This document shows positions 59,972 through 64,000 of a stretch of 64,000 nucleotides of DNA, piece after piece. Every line of letters starts with the position of its first letter. Position 1 is the first letter of the stretch. Source of the stretch: Candidatus Veblenbacteria bacterium (GTDB lineage: Bacteria > Patescibacteriota > Patescibacteriia > Veblenbacterales > UBA10138). The stretch lies in the NCBI GenBank assembly GCA_037439965.1, contig JBBIVB010000001.1, forward strand, positions 31,895 through 95,894, given 5' to 3'. Position numbers and translations under genes: made by a program. The notes below the pieces were generated by a model, which was given only the letters and a program-made list of their open reading frames with translations, did not search any database and had not been told where the DNA came from.

Positions 59972-61051
59972 TTAACGAATGGTAAAGATAACCGATGTTT
60001 GGTCTTGAAGATTTAAATAATAATTAAAACGTTGCTGACTTTTGCTAGCTAACTCCTGCCTTAAATTATCATTACTTAAAAGCCTTTGTAAAACATTCAC
60101 TAATTCAAGGTGGGTATCAGCATATAATCCAGCTTCACCTACTGCCTCAGGTACGCCACCTACCCTACTTGCTACCACTGGTTTGCCAAAACCCATAGCT
60201 TCTAAATACACCATACCAAAACCTTCTATATCTATTTGATTATTAAGGGGTGTTAGCACAAAGCAATCACATAAATTATACCAAGATACTAATTCTTCCT
60301 GAGATACTCTGCCTGTCATAATAACAGGCAGATTTATTTGTTTAGCTTGTTGTTCTAATTTATCATATTCTGGACCTTCGCCCACTATCACATAAACCCA
60401 ACTATGATCAGATTTAGCAACTTCGGCCAAAGCTTCTAATACCCTAGCAATTCCTTTTCTGGCAACTAACCGCGAAACTGTTAAAATTACTCGCCGCTGT
60501 TTTAAATTATATTTTTTTACCAAAGCACCTTGGATAGCAGTGGTGGATTTAGCTGGTTCTAAACATAAAGGATATAAACAATTAATTTTATTTTTAGCCA
60601 AATTAAAATCAGCTAATAAACTAATAGTAAACTGACTATTGGCTACCACTTTGGAAGCCTTTGTTAAAATTTTACCAGCCAACCATTTTTTCCACCTAGA
60701 CACTTTAGCTAACTGAACATCTAAACCATGAACTGAAACTATATATGGCACTTTAATAAAATAATTTAACAACCAAACGGCGGTACCTATTGGCAATAAA
60801 TTACCAACTAAAACTCCTTGAGCTTTGGCTATTTTTAAATATTTTGGTATTAACCATAATAAAGGCAACCATTTAGGCCAAATAACAGAGCTATAAAAAT
60901 TTTTCCGATAAATGCCGTGCTCCTCTGAACCTGGTACACAAGTTAATACAGCTAAATGCGGTTGCAAATGTTGTACCAAGCGAGCATAATAATTAGCCAC
61001 CCCTCCAGTATGAGGCAAATAATCAACTGTTACTAATAATAAACGTTCCAT
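59972..61051 (-). CDS. Glycosyltransferase family 4 (PimB-like)
   Basis: DYLPHTGGVA, VSRLVARKG, EGFGMVYLEA. Confidence 0.92.
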   Translation of the reverse strand: MERLLLVTVDYLPHTGGVANYYARLVQHLQPHLAVLTCVPGSEEHGIYRKNFYSSVIWPKWLPLLWLIPKYLKIAKAQGVLVGNLLPIGTAVWLLNYFIKVPYIVSVHGLDVQLAKVSRWKKWLAGKILTKASKVVANSQFTISLLADFNLAKNKINCLYPLCLEPAKSTTAIQGALVKKYNLKQRRVILTVSRLVARKGIARVLEALAEVAKSDHSWVYVIVGEGPEYDKLEQQAKQINLPVIMTGRVSQEELVSWYNLCDCFVLTPLNNQIDIEGFGMVYLEAMGFGKPVVASRVGGVPEAVGEAGLYADTHLELVNVLQRLLSNDNLRQELASKSQQRFNYYLNLQDQTSVIFTIR

Positions 61052-61054
61052 AAG

Positions 61055-62503
61055 TTAAATTTGTTGGCGTTTAAAAACTATTTTTAAAAAATCAGATAAC
61101 TCGCGGAGCGCCAACGCGCGCAACAACAAAATAGCTAAAGCATAAACTACTGCACCTATTATCACTAATAAAAAAAGATTAACTAAGGGTAATAAAATAT
61201 AAATAACTAATGACATAATCACTGCTGCCAAAAAAATCTTACCGGTTGCCCAACCTATCGCCCCAAAATCAACCTTTATCAAACTAGGTACCACTACCAA
61301 ACCCAATAGGAAATATATTATTGAACTAGCTAGAGAACTGATAGCCGCGCCCACTGCGCCATATTTGGGTATTAAAATAAAATTCATAATAATACTAACT
61401 ATCACAGTGATGGCTAAATTACTAGTGTTACGACGCTGCTTGTTACCTGCGCTTAATAGCGAGCCGACGGGAAAAGTCAAAAATAAGAAAATTAAACTTA
61501 ACATTAATATCTGCAATGGCAAAATAGAATGACCATATTTTGGATAAATAATAGGAATTACCGAGGGCGCTAAGACTATTATCCCAGTAGCCAAAGGAAA
61601 AGAAATTAAATTTAAATAGTGAATAGATTTAGCAAAGGTTTTATATAATAGCTCCTGGGAAGAAACAAAAAAGGCACTAAAACCAGCTAAAAGTGAAGCG
61701 GCGAAGGCTGAAGGAATAAATTGAAAAGCAAAAGTAATTTTATAAGCCACACTATAAAAACCAACTTCCCTATCACCTGCTAACAGAGACAATAAGACGG
61801 TATCTAAATAACTATAAATTCTTGTCAGGATTAAAGTCAAACCAAAAGGCCAGGCTAAAATTAATAAATATTTAATAACATCTTTATCAAATTTTGGCCA
61901 TAAATTAATTTCATATTTAACTTTTAATTTATACCAAGAATAAATCAAATTAACCAAACCGCCAATAATTAAGGCTAGTATCAGCCACCTTAAATCACGG
62001 CTTAATTGGAGAATAGTAAAACCAGACAAAGCTACTACTATTTGAAACAAAACCGTCCCCAAGCTTTCCCACAATAAATTTTGAAAAGCACGAATTAAAG
62101 AATAAGCCGAGAACACTAAAGAATCTAAAACCGTCATTATTGAAGCAATATAAACCAATTGTCTAGTTAATAAAGGATAATTTAATAAATTAATCAATAA
62201 AAATATCAAACCCACAGCTACTAATAAAGCTATTATTTTAAAACCGATTACATTTTGCCAATAACTTTGGGCTTTAAATTTATCTTTAGATACTTCAGTG
62301 ATTAAGACATATCCCAAACCCACATCAATCAATACTGAAAAAATAGCAGTAAAAGATAAGGTAAAAACATATTTACCAATATCTTCTGGTAAAAATATTC
62401 TAGCTAAATAAGTAAAATATAAAAACGAAATTACTTTTTGAGTAATCAATGCTAAGACAAAATATGTGGTATTGCGGGCAAGTACTCGCGGCTCTAAATA
62501 CAT
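61055..62503 (-). CDS. Polysaccharide flippase (Wzx/MOP family)
   Basis: ARNT...YLAR, DTVLLS...VGFYSVAYK, LIPKYGAVGAA; many TM helices. Confidence 0.9.
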   Translation of the reverse strand: MYLEPRVLARNTTYFVLALITQKVISFLYFTYLARIFLPEDIGKYVFTLSFTAIFSVLIDVGLGYVLITEVSKDKFKAQSYWQNVIGFKIIALLVAVGLIFLLINLLNYPLLTRQLVYIASIMTVLDSLVFSAYSLIRAFQNLLWESLGTVLFQIVVALSGFTILQLSRDLRWLILALIIGGLVNLIYSWYKLKVKYEINLWPKFDKDVIKYLLILAWPFGLTLILTRIYSYLDTVLLSLLAGDREVGFYSVAYKITFAFQFIPSAFAASLLAGFSAFFVSSQELLYKTFAKSIHYLNLISFPLATGIIVLAPSVIPIIYPKYGHSILPLQILMLSLIFLFLTFPVGSLLSAGNKQRRNTSNLAITVIVSIIMNFILIPKYGAVGAAISSLASSIIYFLLGLVVVPSLIKVDFGAIGWATGKIFLAAVIMSLVIYILLPLVNLFLLVIIGAVVYALAILLLRALALRELSDFLKIVFKRQQI

Positions 62504-62933
62504 AATAATATTATATTTAAAAAAAAATATTTAATCAATAAAAAGAGTTGATTCTAGATTTTCTAAAACCAACCCTTATTGTTTTTATTTTATTGAATAC
62601 AAACGAGCCCAGGACCACGCCAGAATTTAAGCTCTAGAATATAATACCATTTCTGGTAATTTATATTTTCCAATAATAAATAATTTCTCAGTGTGCGTTC
62701 GGTATAATTTGGTACATGAAGATTATATTCTACTTTGTTTTTCATGATAATTCCAAAAAATCTATATTTGTTTTATTTTATCAAAAAATAACAAGAAAAG
62801 ATATACTTATTCCCAAAAATAGCCAGCTTGATTACTTTAGAAAATTTTCCAAAAAAATATAAGAACAATAATTGTAAATTTATAATGACAATTTTTGTAT
62901 TTAGTAACATTTTAACAATTTACAAGTTTTTAA

Positions 62934-62964
62934 TCAAAACCCCGAGGTAAACTCGGAGTTTTGA
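62934..62964. terminator. Bidirectional hairpin terminator downstream of rpsI
   Basis: TCAAAACCCCGAG-GTAAA-CTCGGAGTTTTGA. Confidence 0.7.
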
Positions 62965-63071
62965 AATGAATTATCTCTTTTACCATCCTCTTTCGACAAA
63001 ACTACGGAAGGATTTAACAGAAAAACTAAAACGCTTCTATCTATACAACAGGATAAGATACTAAAAGTATT

Positions 63072-63602
63072 TTATCGTTTCTGCCACTGCGGGGCACGAC
63101 GAGCACGTTTTAAACCTGGTTTTTTCCTTTCTTTTACTCTAGCATCTCTAGTTAAAAATCCCAAAGGCTTTAATATCTTCCTTAAAGACGGATCCATTAA
63201 TATTAAAGCTCTAGCAATGCCATGCCTCACGGCTTCAGCTTGACCTGATTTGCCACCACCTGCAACCTTAACACTAACTTTAACCCCACTTTCCAAACCG
63301 CTTGCTTGTAAAGGCTGGCGAACAATAAATTGGTGTTCAAAAATAGGAAAATATTGATTAAAAGGTATATTATTAATTATTATTTCACCAGTTCCGGAAT
63401 TTAAGCGAACCCTCGCTACTGCTTCTTTACGTCGACCAACTGCTACAAAATAACCAACTTGTTTAGATTTTTTAGTTTGTTCTAGTTTAATACTCTCTGA
63501 TTTGTTGATTACTGCTACCACCGGCGTTTTACTTTTTGTCTTGCGAGTTAATTTAGCCGGCTTTTTAGCTGATGATTTTTTAGTTGCTTCTTTATTAACC
63601 AT
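63072..63602 (-). CDS. rpsI: 30S ribosomal protein S9 with Lys-rich N-terminal extension
   Basis: GRRKEAVARV, GGGKSGQAEA, ERKKPGLKRARRAPQWQKR. Confidence 0.97.
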   Translation of the reverse strand: MVNKEATKKSSAKKPAKLTRKTKSKTPVVAVINKSESIKLEQTKKSKQVGYFVAVGRRKEAVARVRLNSGTGEIIINNIPFNQYFPIFEHQFIVRQPLQASGLESGVKVSVKVAGGGKSGQAEAVRHGIARALILMDPSLRKILKPLGFLTRDARVKERKKPGLKRARRAPQWQKR

Positions 63603-63605
63603 ATA

Positions 63606-63974
63606 TTATTTACTACTGCGATAAATTTCTAAATTTTTTATCATTTTAGCGGCTAAACGATTCTTAGGTAACATATGTCTAACAACTTTTCTAAATAATC
63701 TAACAGGATTTTTAATAAATTCTCTTTCTAAAGTAGTAATTTTTAGACCACCAGGATAACCGGAAAAATGATAATATTTTTTATTTCGGAATTTAGTTCC
63801 AGTAAAAATTAATCTATCGATATTCTCGACTTTAACTTTTATCTGTGGTAAAATATTTGGTTGAAAAAATACACTACTCTTACCGCGCAACACCGCTGCT
63901 ACCTCAGAAGCTAAACGACCAAAAACCTTACCATCAGCATCAAAAGTTACTACTATTTGTTTTCCTTTAATCAT
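63606..63974 (-). CDS. rplM: 50S ribosomal protein L13 (short form)
   Basis: DADGKVFGRLASEVA..LRGK, YYHFSGYPGGLK, MLPKNRL. Confidence 0.95.
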   Translation of the reverse strand: MIKGKQIVVTFDADGKVFGRLASEVAAVLRGKSSVFFQPNILPQIKVKVENIDRLIFTGTKFRNKKYYHFSGYPGGLKITTLEREFIKNPVRLFRKVVRHMLPKNRLAAKMIKNLEIYRSSK

Positions 63975-63979
63975 ATTAT

Positions 63980-64000
63980 TTATACTAACTCAATTAAGAC
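63980..64000 (-). CDS. 3' end of the upstream gene, probably ribosomal protein L17
   Basis: ...VLIELV* resembles the L17 C-terminus; position before rplM fits. Confidence 0.5.
   Translation of the reverse strand, partial: VLIELV

Noticed and set aside
62629-62745. Short minus-strand ORF MKNKVEYNLH... followed by a hairpin
   Set aside because: No SD, motif or homology evidence; could arise by chance in AT-rich DNA
1-64000. CRISPR array, rRNA, integrase/transposase, prophage or stop-codon reassignment
   Set aside because: No regularly spaced repeats, rRNA motifs or recombinase ORFs seen; TGA terminates conserved genes normally

Overview
AT-rich bacterial chromosome segment, standard genetic code (TGA used as stop). 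Gene content and style point to Patescibacteria/CPR (inference): two mreB paralogs, a DUF4012-like protein, a short ProRS, many leaderless promoters and short palindromic intergenic elements. The backbone is housekeeping and cell envelope: two glycosyltransferase clusters, murJ, lepA, ftsEX, priA-def-fmt, gltX, ftsQ-ddl-alr, serS, lysS, greA, mreBCD-mrdA, proS, rseP-frr, holB, rpsI-rplM, plus three tRNAs (Thr-CGT, Gly-CCC, Gln-TTG). Several accessory genes are decayed (two NUDIX, TspO, CapA-like, PEP-synthase-like). Most notable: (1) a ~370-nt two-domain, heavily base-paired putative ncRNA behind a consensus sigma70 promoter (6262-6632); (2) a cohesin/dockerin protein with a T9SS-type C-terminal domain in the variable region after tRNA-Gln; (3) two divergent paralogous membrane-protein cassettes separated by an 82%-identical dead copy of the 5' end of the downstream HDIG gene; (4) a stand-alone transcription unit for a 19-aa hydrophobic peptide. 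All family assignments are by motif recognition; no searches were run.
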